This document shows, one piece after another, positions 38,423-51,926 of a stretch of 64,000 nt of DNA. This stretch comes from Hypanus sabinus (taxonomy: Eukaryota). A model generated the notes under the pieces. The model was not told the DNA's origin and searched no databases. It worked only from the letters and a program-made list of their open reading frames with translations. The position numbers were made by a program, and so were the translations under genes. The first letter of the stretch is position 1; every line of letters begins with the position of its first letter. Location of the stretch: NCBI RefSeq assembly GCF_030144855.1, contig NW_026780455.1, positions 434,001 through 498,000 on the forward strand. The letters are read 5' to 3'.

Positions 38423-39413
38423 CAGACTCCACACGCAGAAGTACCCGGCCGAGCGATTGCTGCGCAGGCTGTTGGTCACCAGGTTGCACGCGTTGCTTTG
38501 CGTAGTCTGCGGGCTAAATCCTTCGACTTCCCCAGCAGGCGCTGTAACACTGGTACCGAAGGTGTAAAACATCAGCCGAGGCTCCTTCGCCGTGTATTGC
38601 CGGTACCAGTACATAGAATAAGTGTTGCTGCCCTCCACGTTCAAGTTAACATCATCGGGTCCCCGGGCGATCCGGAATAAAAACGGGGTGTCTGTTGGAT
38701 AGTCTGCGATTTCGCGGCTGGTAGAGAGAGGAAGAGATTATGACATCAGTAAGCAAGTAGTATCGGGCTTTGGAGTTTGACAGACAGGCAGGAGAGGGAA
38801 TAATTCAGATTGAAATAGGTTACGGAATTTCAAGACATGGAAGAGGGATCCCGATAGAGTAGGACAGGAGAGAGACTAAATATCGACGAAATTTAAAAAA
38901 AAATAATACTGAGGGAGACTAGAAGCTGTATTTTTGAATTAGTAAGTACAGTGCTGAGTTTACTGAGAGGAAAGTAAAGGGTGGGGAGGGAGAGAAGTAA
39001 TAAAATAGGTGCCGGAGGAGGAGAAGAGGAGGTGAGGGAAGAAGGGAGGGTCGAGGAGACAGAGGAAGGTGGGACGGGACGAGGGATGCACAGGGAAGAG
39101 AAGCGGAACCATGGGAGGGGAGACAGTTGGGAGAGAAAGTGAAAGATATCGAAGTAGAAAATAGTATTACAAGAGGGAGAAGTGAGAGCGTGACCGAACG
39201 GGTCTAGACGGAGAAGAGACATCTGAATGGAAAAGAAAATCGGAAGAACGTGAAACGAAAGAACGTGGTAGTGACAGGGTTAATACACTGATGACCGAAG
39301 GATAGTAAAAAAAGTAATGTAATCTGGTTTCGAAAACTATTCATAAATTGATCCCGTCCCTTACCGTGAAACCAGGACAATAGCTGCAACAGCAGGAACA
39401 TCTTCACGTCCAT
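38423..39413 (-). pseudogene. TRBV: TCR Vbeta-like pseudogene. Leader 39413-39365, V exon 38717-38423
   Basis: Leader MDVKMFLLLQLLSWFH G|gtaag; acceptor ctaccag|CC GCG AAA TCG. A 1-nt deletion in the first Cys codon gives ACT TGA. RSS CGCAGTG-23-ACAGAATCC at 38384-38422, heptamer lacks CAC. Confidence 0.85.
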
Positions 39414-39512
39414 CTGCCCTCCACAAAACGGAAAGATTTCGGGGATCCGCTCGAGCTGAACGCGTCACGGATGAAACCCCAAAGCCCCGCCCCTCTATCT
39501 GACAATTACACC

Positions 39513-39522
39513 TGATGTCACT
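39513..39522 (-). promoter_or_regulatory. Vbeta promoter decamer (AGTGACATCA) followed by a GC box
   Basis: Exact decamer match 100 bp upstream of the leader ATG at 39413; CCCCGCCCC at about 39485-39493. Confidence 0.7.
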
Positions 39523-39974
39523 GAGCAACCATAGCGGGTACTTGAGTCGGCTGCTGTGGTCATTGGTTAAGCTGATCTGAAATTCCTCGCTGTCAATCTT
39601 CTTCTCCAAGGCGCATTTATGTTAATCCCTTGACGGCGTCAACCATGTAACGGGATTGGGATGGAACAGTAGGAAGTTCTGCAACGCCCAACGGCGGAAG
39701 CAAGACCGGTGGTGTTGCAGATGCCTGGTAGGGAGCACGGTAGTTGTGCGTGAGATTCGGGGAAGCGGTTCAACGGGGAAGCAACCACTTCACCGAGTAG
39801 CTCTGCGGGTGCGAGCTGGCAGACTCGGAGGTCTATTCCCCTGCAGCGATCGCCCCCCAGCGGCAAGAATCCGCATAGAACCCACCTCCAATGAGCGAAG
39901 TTCAAAGTTCACTCCCTTGCAGGCAGTCCCAGAAATGTGTCGATCCACAAGATGAAAAACAAAACTTATTTAAT

Positions 39975-42195
39975 GGTGGAACACAGCAGGCCAGGCAGCA
40001 TCTATAGGGAGAAGCGCTATTGTCGTTTCGGGCCGAGACCCTTCGTCAGGACTAACCGAAAGGAAAGATAGTAAGAGATTTGAAAGTAGTGGGGGGAGAC
40101 GGAAATGCGAAATGATAGGAGAAATCCGGAGGGGGTGGGGTGAAGCTAATAGCTGGCAATGTGATTGGCGAAAGTGATACAGAACTGAAGAGGGGAAAGG
40201 ATCATGGGACGGGAGGCCTCGGAGAAAGAAAGGAGGGGGGAACACCCAGAGGGAGATGGGGAACAGGCAAGCAACTAAATATGTCAGGGATGGATTAAGA
40301 AGGGGATGACTGACATTAATGGAAGTTACTGAAGTCAATGTTCATGCCATCAGGTTGGGGGCTACCAAGCCGGTGTATAAGGTGTTGTTCCTCCAACCTG
40401 AGATTGGATTCATTTTGACAATAGTGGGGGCGATGGATGGACATATCAGAATGGGAATGGGACGTGGAATTAAAATGTGTGGCCACTGGGAGATCCTGCT
40501 TTTTCTGGCGGACCGATCGTAGGTGTTCAGCGAAACGGTCTCCCAGTCTGCGTGGGGTCTCACCAATATATAAAACGCCACACCGGGAGCACTCCTTCCA
40601 CTCCTCCTACTTCCTGCAAACCAAAGGTGCAGTCATATGCACCCGTAAGGGTCCCAGATATGCCTGCCTTTTTGTAGGCTTTGTGGAACAGTCCATGTTC
40701 CAAGTCTATACTGGTATCCGTCCCCCACTTTTCCTTCACTACATCGACGATTGCATTGACGCTGCCTCCTGCACGCATGTTGAGCTCATTTGACTTCATT
40801 AACTGTGCCTCCAACTTTCACCCTGCCCTCAAATTTACCTGGTCCATTTCCGACACCTCCCTCCCCTTTCTTGATCTTTCTGTCTCCATCTCTGTAGACG
40901 GCCTTTCCACTGATATCTACTATAAGCCTACAGACTCTCACAGCTACCTGGACAATTCCTGTTCCCAACTTGTCTCTTTCAAAAATGCTATCCCCTTCTC
41001 ACAATCCCTCCGTCTCCGCCGCATCTGCTCTCAGGATGAGGGTTTTCATTCCAGGACGAAGCAGATGTCTTCCTTTTTTAAACAAAGTGGCTTCCCTTCG
41101 TTCACCATCAACCCTACTCTCAAACGCATCTCTCTTATTTCACGCACATCTGCCCTCACCCCATCCACCTGCCACCCCACTCGGGATAGTGTTCCCCTTG
41201 TCCTTACCTACCACCCCACCAGCCTCCAGGTACAACGTATAATTCTCAGTAAACTTCCCCCAACTCCAACGGGAACCCACTACCAAGCACATTTTTCCCT
41301 CCCCGCTCTTTCTACTTTTCGCAGGGATTGCTCCCTACGCGATTCCTTTGCCACTCGTCCCCCCCCCCCCCCACATCCCTTCCCAGCGATCTCCCTCTTA
41401 GCACCTATCCTTCTAAACGGAACGAGTGCTACACCTGCCCTTAGATTGGCTCCCTCACCACCATTCAGGGTCCCAGACAGTCCTTCCAGGTGAGGCGACA
41501 CTTCACCTGTGAGTCGGCTGGTGTTGTATACTGCGTCCGGTGCTCCCTGTGCGGCCTCTTATATATTCGTGACACCCGAATCAGGCTGGGAGACCGTTTC
41601 GCTGAACACCTGCGCTCGGTCCGCCAGAAAAAACAGCATCTCCCAGTGGCCACACATTTTATGTGGCCTCCCATTCCCATTCTGATACGTCGATCCATCG
41701 CCTCCTCTATTGTCAAAATGAATCCAAACTCAGGTTGGAGGAACAACACGTTACATACCGGCTGTGTAGCCTCCAACCTGATGGTATGAACATTGACTTC
41801 ACTAACTTCCGTTAATGCACCTCCTCCACTTGATATATTTAGTTATTTGCCAGTTCCCCATCTCCCTATGGTGTCCTCCCCAAACCCCGTCTATCTCCTG
41901 ATGCCTCCCGTCCCATGATCCTTTCCATTCTCCAGCTCTGTATTACTTTCGCCAATCACCTTTCCAGCTCTTAGCTTCATCCCACCCCCTCCGGTCTTCT
42001 CCTATCATTTCGCATTTCCCACTCCCCCCACTACTTTCAAATCTCTTACTATGTTTCCTTCGGTTAGTCCTGACGAAGTGTCTCGGGCCGAAACGTAGAT
42101 AGCGCTTCTCCCCATAGATGCTGTTTGGCCTGCTGTGCTCCACAAGCATTGTGTGTGTGTTGTTTGAATTTCCAGCATCTGCAGATTTCCTCGTG
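39975..42195 (+). mobile_element. Penelope-like element (RT + GIY-YIG remnants) with an inverted copy of its 3' end at the 5' side
   Basis: NFHPALKFTWSIS...LPFLDL...DIYYKPTDSHSYL...IPFSQSLRLRRICS (RT) and FTCESAGVVYCVRC...GLLYI.DT..RLGDRFAEH (GIY-YIG). About 39975-40590 is the reverse complement of about 41540-42150. Confidence 0.85.
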
Positions 42196-42395
42196 ATAAG
42201 TAATGCTAACAGTGTTGTGAAAATTGTGCAAATAATGAAACCAAATACATTAATAAGAACAAGAGTTGGAAAGTGAGTCATACATTGTGCGATATGTTCA
42301 GTCGACGTTTGATAGTATCCACGTGTTTGAGACATGAGACTCCTGTTCCGACTGCCTCGTGGAAGCATATGGCTAGCATTGGGACAGTGCAATGG

Positions 42396-42434
<39 letters not shown>

Positions 42435-45400
42435 ACTGCGACGTTTAACTAGAGTGCCAAAGACTTTTACACAACACTGCAGTAACTTCATTCACTGCAC
42501 TGTACTGCTGCCGAAAAAATAAACAAATACATGACGTATGTGAGTTATGGCAAAAGTGATTCTGATCCGGGACTCTGCAGTGGGATGTCAGTGGGGAGTG
42601 GGCGTGGAGAGGGGATTCATGTTTGGGAAAAGGGGAAGAGAGACGGGTTAGAGCGGGAAGCTCCAGGGAGGCATCCTGTAATGATCACTAAGTCAATTTA
42701 CAGCTGGAGCACGAGAGCTCCCTGGAAAGATTGGAGAGGGCTTAGGTTATTTTGCAGATGGCGTTTGCGAAAGTAACCTGAACGCAGCCCACAAATTTAC
42801 GGGGAGAAGAGATGAGGTGGTTGATCGTGGCCGTGTTGCGGCGAGACGACTGTCCGGAGCGAATGGACACAGCCTGAAAGTGAGAGGGGGAAGGTCGAAG
42901 GTTGACATGAGATGCTACACTTTACACGCAGAGGCTGGTGGGAATGTGAAACGAGTAATCATGGAATGTCATATGTAAAGCGGAACGAAACAATTGCAAG
43001 TCCCGACCCATATAAACAGCTGAACAATAATAATGAACGGAAAAAGTAAATACAAATACATAAAATAGCTGATATACATTCATCAGGTTATATTAGGCTT
43101 TACATGCAATGTGACCGCCGGGAAATAATAAGAGAGCGGTGACAGTGGGGATGGGGTGTGTGGAGGTGTGGGTGAGTGGATGGAAGCATCGATCAGGCTT
43201 ACTTCTTGGGGAAGGGAATTGTCCTTGAGGCTGGTAACAATGGCGTGAATGTGAATTAGCTTCATTGCTGCGATTGGGACAGGCAGTCCATGAGCATTTC
43301 CCAGCGCCTTTCTGGAGAAATGACTTTGATGGCGGGGTGGACTGCTACCGGTGATTCGTGGGCCAGGTTGGACTACCCATTTTAGGGCCTCCCTGCCTAC
43401 TGCCGTGCAGCTTCCTTGCCTTGCAGTAACGCTAGGATGCTCTTCATCAGGCAACTGTGGAAAGACTGGATGCGCATGTGCAATGCACAGCTTTTATCCG
43501 CCTCCAGGGAAATCAGGGTCACTGATGAGCTTTCCGGACTCTGTAATGTGCTCTCTGGGGTCATACCGGAGTTATGACTTTGCATGTGATGTGCACTCTC
43601 AGTAGTTCCAAGTTGCTCACTGTTTGTACTGTTGTGCCATCGGCGTGAAGGGGTGTTGGAATGCTGCGAGTTATTCTGAATTCGATTAAAAATCTCCCGT
43701 CTTGTTGACGATGCTATTTGTCTGGCGCTATGCTTCGATGTCCAACACCTCCTCTATAACGCCTCGTGCAGTCCTTTGTTGACATCGCGGACCTTGCCAT
43801 GGCAATTGGCCGGATGTCCGGCCGTGCTGTCGTGTGTATTCAGAGTGTACAGCAATGGGCGCAGCAACCGCCCTGTGCTGAGGACGATGAGGACGGAGGG
43901 GCAGTTGGGCATCCTGAGTGTGTGGGATCAGCTCGACAGGAAGTCCAACTCCCAGACGCACTGAGTCTACTAATATCGAAGCTGTCGATTTTGTCACAGT
44001 GACAGCATTTCAGTAACTTTCCGATGGATGGGCACTGTCCTGCCCGTTGCTCTGCAGGGTGACAGCAGGGGCGAGCTGAGACCAAACGGAGCAGCATTGA
44101 CTACTAGTGGCGCATGGCAATATGGATTGATCGATGCATACACGCACAAACGTGTGTACATAATACGCACAAATATACGGTAGCACAGTTATGTTCAATA
44201 GAATATCAAAAAAAATCAATTTAAGCAAAATGGGAGAAGAAGCCAGAACACCATACAGCCAAGACAGGCCAGTTCCTCCTTCCCACCCTAAGACACATGC
44301 ACAGCCATTTAACTCCAACGAAAGCCGTCTGGACGCCACCGGACTCGGCACGCAGGTATATGGATTTCATGAATCAGAGAATCCGACTCCCTTCGTCAAA
44401 ACCCCTCATTCACCTAATCCAGAGTGAATTCGACTTCGGTATTTTTGCGAGAACGTCATTAAATCTGCCATTGGACAGATTAGCGCTGCTGATGTAGTTT
44501 CCGCCTCGAGAGCCCCACGTTCAATTCGATGTGGAATTGCATGTTCCCCAGTTACCTTGTCGGGTTTTCTCATGGACGTTCCAATATCACGCAAGTTCAA
44601 TGATTAGTTGGAGGTAAGAACGGTTCCCTGAGGCCAAACAGTAACTTTGGGGTTGCAACTACGACGGAGGCTACAGGGGGCGCTATTGCACCGTGAAACA
44701 CTGGAGCTGAAGATCGCCGTGTCGATTCAGCACCTGTTTTGATGAGGCTGTCTCGTTTGGTGAGGCCGTTATTCCTTTCCTGACAGCATATCCGGGCCAT
44801 GTTTACACGAGGTTTTTTTTATGGTGGCGGGTGTTGTAACGAAAATGTCAGAGTTTCAAAGATCGTCCCACTTATTTATGTTTACCTGTCCATCTTCCTA
44901 TCTATCTACTTATTTATCTATTATTGTATTTGTTTATTTCCCTACTTACTTAGTTACTTGCTTTCTTTTTTTTTTGAAATACAGTCCTTCGAGACACTCT
45001 ACCCACCCACCTCACATTCAACTCCCGTGTAATAACGGCGCATTTTTCAACCGGCAATTAGCCTACTAACCAGTACTTCAGTGGACTACGGAAAGCAAAC
45101 GGAGCAGAGTAGGAAAACGTAGAAACTTATTACGAACAGCGGCGTCAGCTGATGTACCTGATGTCCCGCTCCCGCCACTCTTGAGCCTTTCTCCCCCACA
45201 CGCCACTGCTCTCTTCATTCACAATCTCGCCGTTCCTTCATCTTTTTTCTTCTTGCTTGTATCCACTCTTTTCTCTCTCCCACTTACAGCCCTGCTCCTC
45301 GTCCCATTCATAAACTTGCCTTTCACATACAATGCCGGTCCCTATCCATCAGTGCTTTTCCCTCTGAGCTCATCCATGGCCCCTGTAGTTATGGAACCAC

Positions 45401-46984
45401 AAATAAAAACATAACTTCGACGTTTATAATTTTATAAACGCATATGACGTCAGCCGCTGCAGTAAAAATAAACCCAGCTGATCCATCTTCAATCCATCCG
45501 CAGAAGTCTTATCCAGGAAACGTACCTATGAATATCAACTCGGCTCTTCGTTTTGTCGCAGCACGATTCCTGTCCAAGCTGTCGGAATTCTGGTCTAATC
45601 CACTTTCAGTTTATCACGACTTCTTACACCTTACACAGTGTCCTCGACACGGAAAGGGAGACCGTTTCTCCTTTCTCAGGGCCGATGGCAGAAGGACGGA
45701 GTAACATCCCCTTTGAGATGAAATAATTTTTGCATGTAACTATGGACGGCGAAAGTCACAGGGGAAATTTTAACTGTGTACGAGATGGCGAGCGAAAAGA
45801 AAAAAGAAAGTCCGGTGTTCCGATGAAAAGAACTGTTCCATTAATGACAGGACTTTCGAAAAGCAGGAAAAGCATCTCTTCTGGAAAAAATCCGGTGACG
45901 AAAACCATCAGAGTTAGAAGATCGTCCTATTAATTTATGTNNNNNNNNNNNNNNNNNNNNNNNNNNNNNNNNNNNNNNNNNNNNNNNNNNNNNNNNNNNN
46001 NNNNNNNNNNNNNNNNNNNNNNNNNNNNNNNNNNNNNNNNNNNNNNNNNNNNNNNNNNNNNNNNNNNNNNNNNNNNNNNNNNNNNNNNNNNNNNNNNNNN
46101 NNNNNNNNNNNNNNNNNNNNNNNNNNNNNNNNNNNNNNNNNNNNGTTTATTTTTTTACTTACTTAGTTACATGCTGTCAACTTTTTTTTCTTGAAATACA
46201 CTCCTTGAAACCGCGCCACCCACCCATCTCATATTTAACCTTCGCCTAAACACGGTGCATTTTGCAACCAGCAATTAACCTAACCATCAGTGCTTCGGTG
46301 GACTGCGGGAAGAAAGCGGAGCAGAGTGAAACAACGCAGAAACTTCTTACAAACAGCGGCTTTACCTGATGTACCTGATTTCCTACCCTCGCCTGTCTCG
46401 AACCACTATTTACTCACACCCTACTCCTCTCTTCATTTACAATCTCTCCCTTCCGTCATCATTTTTCCTGATGCTTTTATTCCCCGCTCCACCCGCCATC
46501 ACTTACCGCCGTCCTCTTCATCCCATTCATAAACTTGCCTTTTACATCCAGTGCCAGTCCCTATCCATCAGAAAGGAAATCTGGTGTTCCGGTGAAAAGA
46601 ACTGTTCAATTAATGACAGGACTTTCTAAAAGCAGGAAGAGCATCTCTTCTGGAAAAAATCCGGTAACAGAAACCTTGTGACAGTGAAAAATCAAATGTG
46701 TGTCTGTGCAATGAAAGCCCTCTGTTTCTTTTCCGCCTGATATTCACCTAAATCGTTGTCAGTGCGGGGCTGGTAGGAGAGTGCCAGGTGTGCATGACGT
46801 CACAGTGCTGATGTAAGAGGTGGCATCTTGCCAGAAGATTGGCCATCTGCTCTCTCACCGTTGTTACAAAAACCCTTCTGCTTCAAGTTTACATCGCGTT
46901 TCCTCTGTCAAAATCAAAGATCGACCAGACGCCATCACACGGCCTAATGTGCTTGCTCAGTCATGCCTTTTACAGGCAGTCTGG

Positions 46985-47023
46985 GGTTTTTGTCGAGCTC
47001 TTCGCTCTCAGCGCGTCACTGTG
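46985..47023 (-). promoter_or_regulatory. Perfect 23-RSS (CACAGTG-23-ACAAAAACC)
   Basis: Exact consensus, 23-nt spacer. Confidence 0.97.
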
Positions 47024-47698
47024 TAGACTCCAGGCGCAGAAATACACGGCCGAGTGATTCACCCGCAGGCTGTTGGTCACCAGTTTGTTCTCGTTATCTT
47101 TAAGCGCCTGCAGGGTAAATCCATCGACCTCCCCGTCTGGATACTTAATATCAGCACCGCTGCTGTAGAACATGAACTGCGGCCCCTGCCCCGGGTACTG
47201 GCGGTACCAGTACACGTAATAATCGCCGCTGCCCTCCACGTTGCAAGACAGCACCATTGGTTTCCCCGGAGATCCGGAAAATGCCGCTGGAGACTGCCGG
47301 ACAGTTTGGGAGTTCGCGGCTGGGGAAAAGAGGAGCGGAGAATGACGTCAGTAGACAGGTACATTCGGATCATGGAGACAGGGCGCAAAGAAGGAGAAGG
47401 AGAAATGCGGGAAGCATGGCATCAGTGGGAAAGAGAAATAGATGGGGAAGAAATGGGCAGAGTGAGAGAATATAACAAAATAAATATGATTGGATGGGCA
47501 GCGGTGAGAACTAATTGGCAAAAAGGCGCAGCGATTTAAAAAGCGAGAAAGAAACGATAGAGAGCGTTGGGAAAACATATAGTGCAAGAATTAAAGGAAC
47601 ACGGAAAGGGAAATGCAGAACTGGTTCCTGAAACTACTCGCAAATTGAAGCTGTCCTTTACCGTGAAGACAGAAGAGCAGCTCCAATAACACGAACAT
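47024..47698 (-). CDS. TRBV: TCR Vbeta-like segment, apparently functional. Leader 47698-47662, V exon 47319-47024
   Basis: Leader MFVLLELLFCLH G|gtaaag; acceptor ttccccag|CC GCG AAC TCC. Open V ANSQTVRQSP...LSCNVEGSGDYYVYWYRQ...SAVYFCAWSL. Decamer-like AGTGACGTAT and a GC box about 100 bp upstream. Confidence 0.88.
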
Positions 47699-49334
47699 CT
47701 TTCAACTTCGTCAGTTTTCTCCAAGCAGAACGGCGTTCGGAATGAACAACCTTTTGAATGCCTTGTCAGGGTGAACGGACGAGGCTCCGCCCCTCAACCA
47801 TACGTCACTCAGTAGCGACACTGAAAGATTTGAGTTTGAATGGTGTGTGGATCAATTCATTTACTGATTCGGGTGTCAGTCGAGAGGCCGGGCTCTCTTC
47901 CAAGTTCAGCAGGACAACGGGAGCTGTCCCTTCATTTCTGGACGCGACGATCTAACTTCAATGTCACAAATGGAGTCATCGTACCGTTTTGGGAGTGGCA
48001 AAGCGGAATATAAGCAGGGAAGTACGGATTTCGTTCAACAGAAAGACAGATTAATTACGTAAATGATGGCTCAGAGTGTTTATTTTTTCCCGTGTTGTTC
48101 ATGAATTGCAACTTGCAGGGTTGTAGAATATGTATTGCAGACGCTGACCGCTCGGCCCAAATGAATATTGCTTGAGAGGTGTAGATGGTAGCGTCATAGA
48201 CTTGTGCATGACTGAAACAGATGCTTCGATCCAACTGGCATCCTTCTATAAATAACTTCATAACTCCCGTCATGCAAGCTATAATCATGCCAAAAATTCA
48301 GCAGCGATGACGATTGTAGTGGACATTGAAAGTGTATAGCACGGAATCCTGCAGAAGGCAGCGAAATCAGCGGGGCAGAAGTGGTTACGTAGCAGCGAAC
48401 ACATCAGCTGTGCGTTAGATTTCGAGAATAGGATTAACCGGGCAAGAAACCGCTTTACTCTGTGATCTAGCAGCTGGGACTTGGCAAAACCAAACTAAAA
48501 TTCTTGTGTAGAGTGCCACCCTGCGGCCGCAATAGGAATATCCCTGACACAGCACCATGGAACGGAGGAAGTCACGACTATTACGGGATTATTCGTCCGA
48601 ATGTGCTGGTGCTGTGACAGAATAGACTGCTAACCACTAACCCTAACCCTAAACCTGTCTCTCTAAATGCCTGCAGGTAAATGACTATCAAGGTTGTGTT
48701 TGGAGCCATACATGTACTTTGATAATGAATTTATTTTGACTGGGACTTTGACTTTATCGAGGCCTATAAAATCTCCCGGAGCATAGATAAGATGCATCAT
48801 TATTATCTTCCCTGGGTAGGAGGGAGTAGCCCAAAATTAGAGAATTTCATACAGAGGGACGTCTGTTTCTGCTCAAGTTTACTTAGACACACGGAATGAG
48901 TTGCAGTAAAAAGTTGTAGAGGAGGGTACGTTTACAACTTTCGAGCAGGAACAGAGATGTTAAAGCATCATGGACACAATACGCAGGGTCCCGTAGTAAC
49001 TTAACTCCAAACCAACAGAAGGCGCTCTACGAGAAAAAAAAACTGCGACATTGACTTGCGGTCGAGAAGCTGTCGTTCAGCCACCCAGACAACGCATCAC
49101 ACAAGACTGCCTGTCCTGAAACACCAGATCCATGTCTCACGCGTGCGAACTCTACTTGTTTCCATCTCTTCCGGAGCGCTTACATGAAGCAGAGACATCA
49201 AAGATGCAGGTGCAGTTTCTGCAATGTTATCATCTCAGGAGACCGACAGAAAGATGGAGACCAGTCGCCACATAGACAGAAAAATCTTACCCTGGCATCT
49301 CCTCTGCAGCAAATTCAAAACACCTTAAAACTGT

Positions 49335-49660
49335 GCCCACCCGGGCTGGCCACTTCAGCCCTGGGTAAAAAGCCTCTGACTATCCACACAATCAATGCCT
49401 CTCATCATCTTGTACACCTCTAACAGGTCACCTCTCATCCTCCGTCGCTCCAAGGGGAAAAGGCCGAGTTCACTCAACCTATTCTCATAAGGCTCACTCT
49501 CCAATCCAGGCAACATCCTTGTCAATCTCCTCTGCACCCTTTCTAGGGGCTCCACGTCCTTCCTATAGTGAGGCGAACAGAAGTGAGCACAGTACTCCAA
49601 GTGGGTTCTGGCCAAGGTCCGATATAGCTACAACATCACATGACCGCTCTTAAACTCAAT
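49335..49660 (-). mobile_element. CR1 fragment
   Basis: ARTHLEYCAHFCSPHYRKDVEPLERVQRRLTRMLPGLE. Confidence 0.8.
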
Positions 49661-49851
49661 TGGACCATTCTGAGACATCTTTGAAGAATTATTTTCTTAC
49701 TCCGGGCGCAATCAGCTGATTGTATCGCCGGCTCAAAGACGATCCCAAATCATTGTTTTTCTTTTTAAATATAATACAAGGCGGAATATTATGCCGTTCT
49801 CAGCCACCTGACATGAATTATTTTCGCTTGAATGTTTTGGCGGCTGCACCG
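49661..49851 (+). pseudogene. Truncated relic of the second (TRDV2-like) V family: leader end, intron and first codons only
   Basis: ggaccatt...aatcagctgat...gcggaatattatgccgttctcagccacctgac...ttggcggctgcaccg matches the leader end, intron and LAAAP start of the 16.2-kb and 52.1-kb copies. A CR1 fragment abuts it upstream. Confidence 0.7.
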
Positions 49852-51926
49852 CTCATTTCTCAATTGTTGAGGTTGTCTGTCCTGCTCTGGTGGTGCTTAG
49901 TATACCTAGATACGGCTGCCTAGGACTAATTGTGTAATCTTATTCTGTAATGTCTTTCCGATGATACCAGTTTCGGGAAATGTTTAACCTGTTCATGTTC
50001 CAAAGTCTTTCAATTGATTCTTTTAATTCGGCATATTTCTGCTGCTTTTTCACTTCCTGCGTTCTGTGTGAAAATAGGAAAACTCTTGTTGGGAGACTCA
50101 AGAAAAGCTGCCAATCAGATTTCAACAGTGACCATACAACAAAGGCAATTCCGTATTCTCATATTAATAACATAATACCTTGACAACGCACAAAGAATAG
50201 ATTTAAAAACTGAATTGACAAATATCTGAAAATATTGTGTACACTCGAACCAGCTTCGGACAGAAGGGGGAAGGGGAAAATAGTCATTAAAATCTACTCA
50301 ACAGTCAGATAAATCGTATGAATTTATATTTTGATAACAGAAAGCGGTATTAAACACTCCACACGAGTACATACAGCTCTAATAAGAAGTACCCACCACT
50401 AAACCTAAATAGAATCATTACCCAGAGAAATGAAGATAAAGTTCACCAATGGGAGAGCATGCGTGCGTTGAATACATCGCAGATTTTACCAACTTGAAAA
50501 TGATTTTGCTGATGATTATTCACCTTTCTTTTGTTATTTTAAGGGATCCTTGTAGCGAGAATAATTGCAATCTGCAACCACGGAGCATTTGATCCCTATT
50601 TTGACAACAGACGATGCTCTTCGAACATGAAACAGGTAGGTGAAAGACAGTTAATATTTCCTTTAAGTCCATAAAGCGAAACAACGCCAGATCTCTTCTC
50701 TACAAACCCCTATGCACCGCACACAAAACGCTGCCGGAGTCAACAGTTCAGGCAGAAACCATGCATCTGACTGGAAAGAAAGAGGGCCGAAGCCAGAATA
50801 AGAAGTTTGAGGAAGGAAGTGACAACAAGCTGGAAGGGAGGTGGGTGTTGGAGGAGATGTAGTGAGAAGCTGGGAGGTGAAATGTGGAAAGGTTAATCGG
50901 CTGAATACATAATTTGTTAGGAGAACAGACCACAGAGGGAAGGAGGACAGACAGCAGAGGGAGTTGATGAGTAGGGAAGGTGAAGAGAACAGGTGTGACA
51001 AGAGTTACAAGGGTTAATGAAAGAAACACGATGGGGAAGAGTGGGAGGGTAAGTACCGGAGGTTTAAAAAACCGCTGCTCGTATAGTCAAGTTTGATGCG
51101 AGAGAGGCGCAGTGAAATGGGCAACAGACAATGCTATGGACTGACATGACGGAATGAGCATAGGGATTGGATTTAATATTAGGCTTCCTCGCTACTTTAA
51201 TACTTTGATAACGTGGTACCCCTTAAACGCAGACTCAATTCCTGACACTGAATCCTCATGGTCGTTCGATATGGCACTCGTCCGTTCACCTCAATTGGGC
51301 GGGTGCAGATGACGGTGGCGGCAATTGGAGTTGGCGAGGCGCTTCTAGAGGCGCGTGGGTCTGTATTTCCTGGAGAGAAGGAGGATGAGGAACGTCTTGA
51401 GGAAGCGTTATAAAATCATGAAGGGCATAACAAGTGTGACAATAGCAGTGTTTTCCCAAAGACCTATGAATCTAAAATAGGTAGATCCGGCTTTAAGGTG
51501 TGAAGTGGAGAGTCGTTTAAAGGGGCCTTTTAGTCATTGCATTTCTACAAAGAGTGTCAGAATAGTTGGGCGGGGCACACAAATTTGCAAGCGCCATGAA
51601 GACATCCAGAAGGGTTTGCGCAATGGAAAGCTTTCGTGAACAACATGCGCGAATCACAGGGCAATGCACAACCTTCGATAGGAAAGTTGGTCAGCAGAGA
51701 AGAATGGGGCCGAAAAGCTCCCTCTGCACCCGCTGATGCCTGAATCGTGGCGACTGCTTTTACGATCCAAAGTAGACGATTAGTTCTCGATGACGTAAGC
51801 AGTCGATCAATTGACAATGGTCATGCCCGGTCAGGCGTCATTTCCGGTGGTACATTCGGCCGAGAAGAGTCCAGGTGAAGAGGTGAAGAGGGCGCATTTA
51901 TTACCGAACAGCGTTTCAGAAGAACA

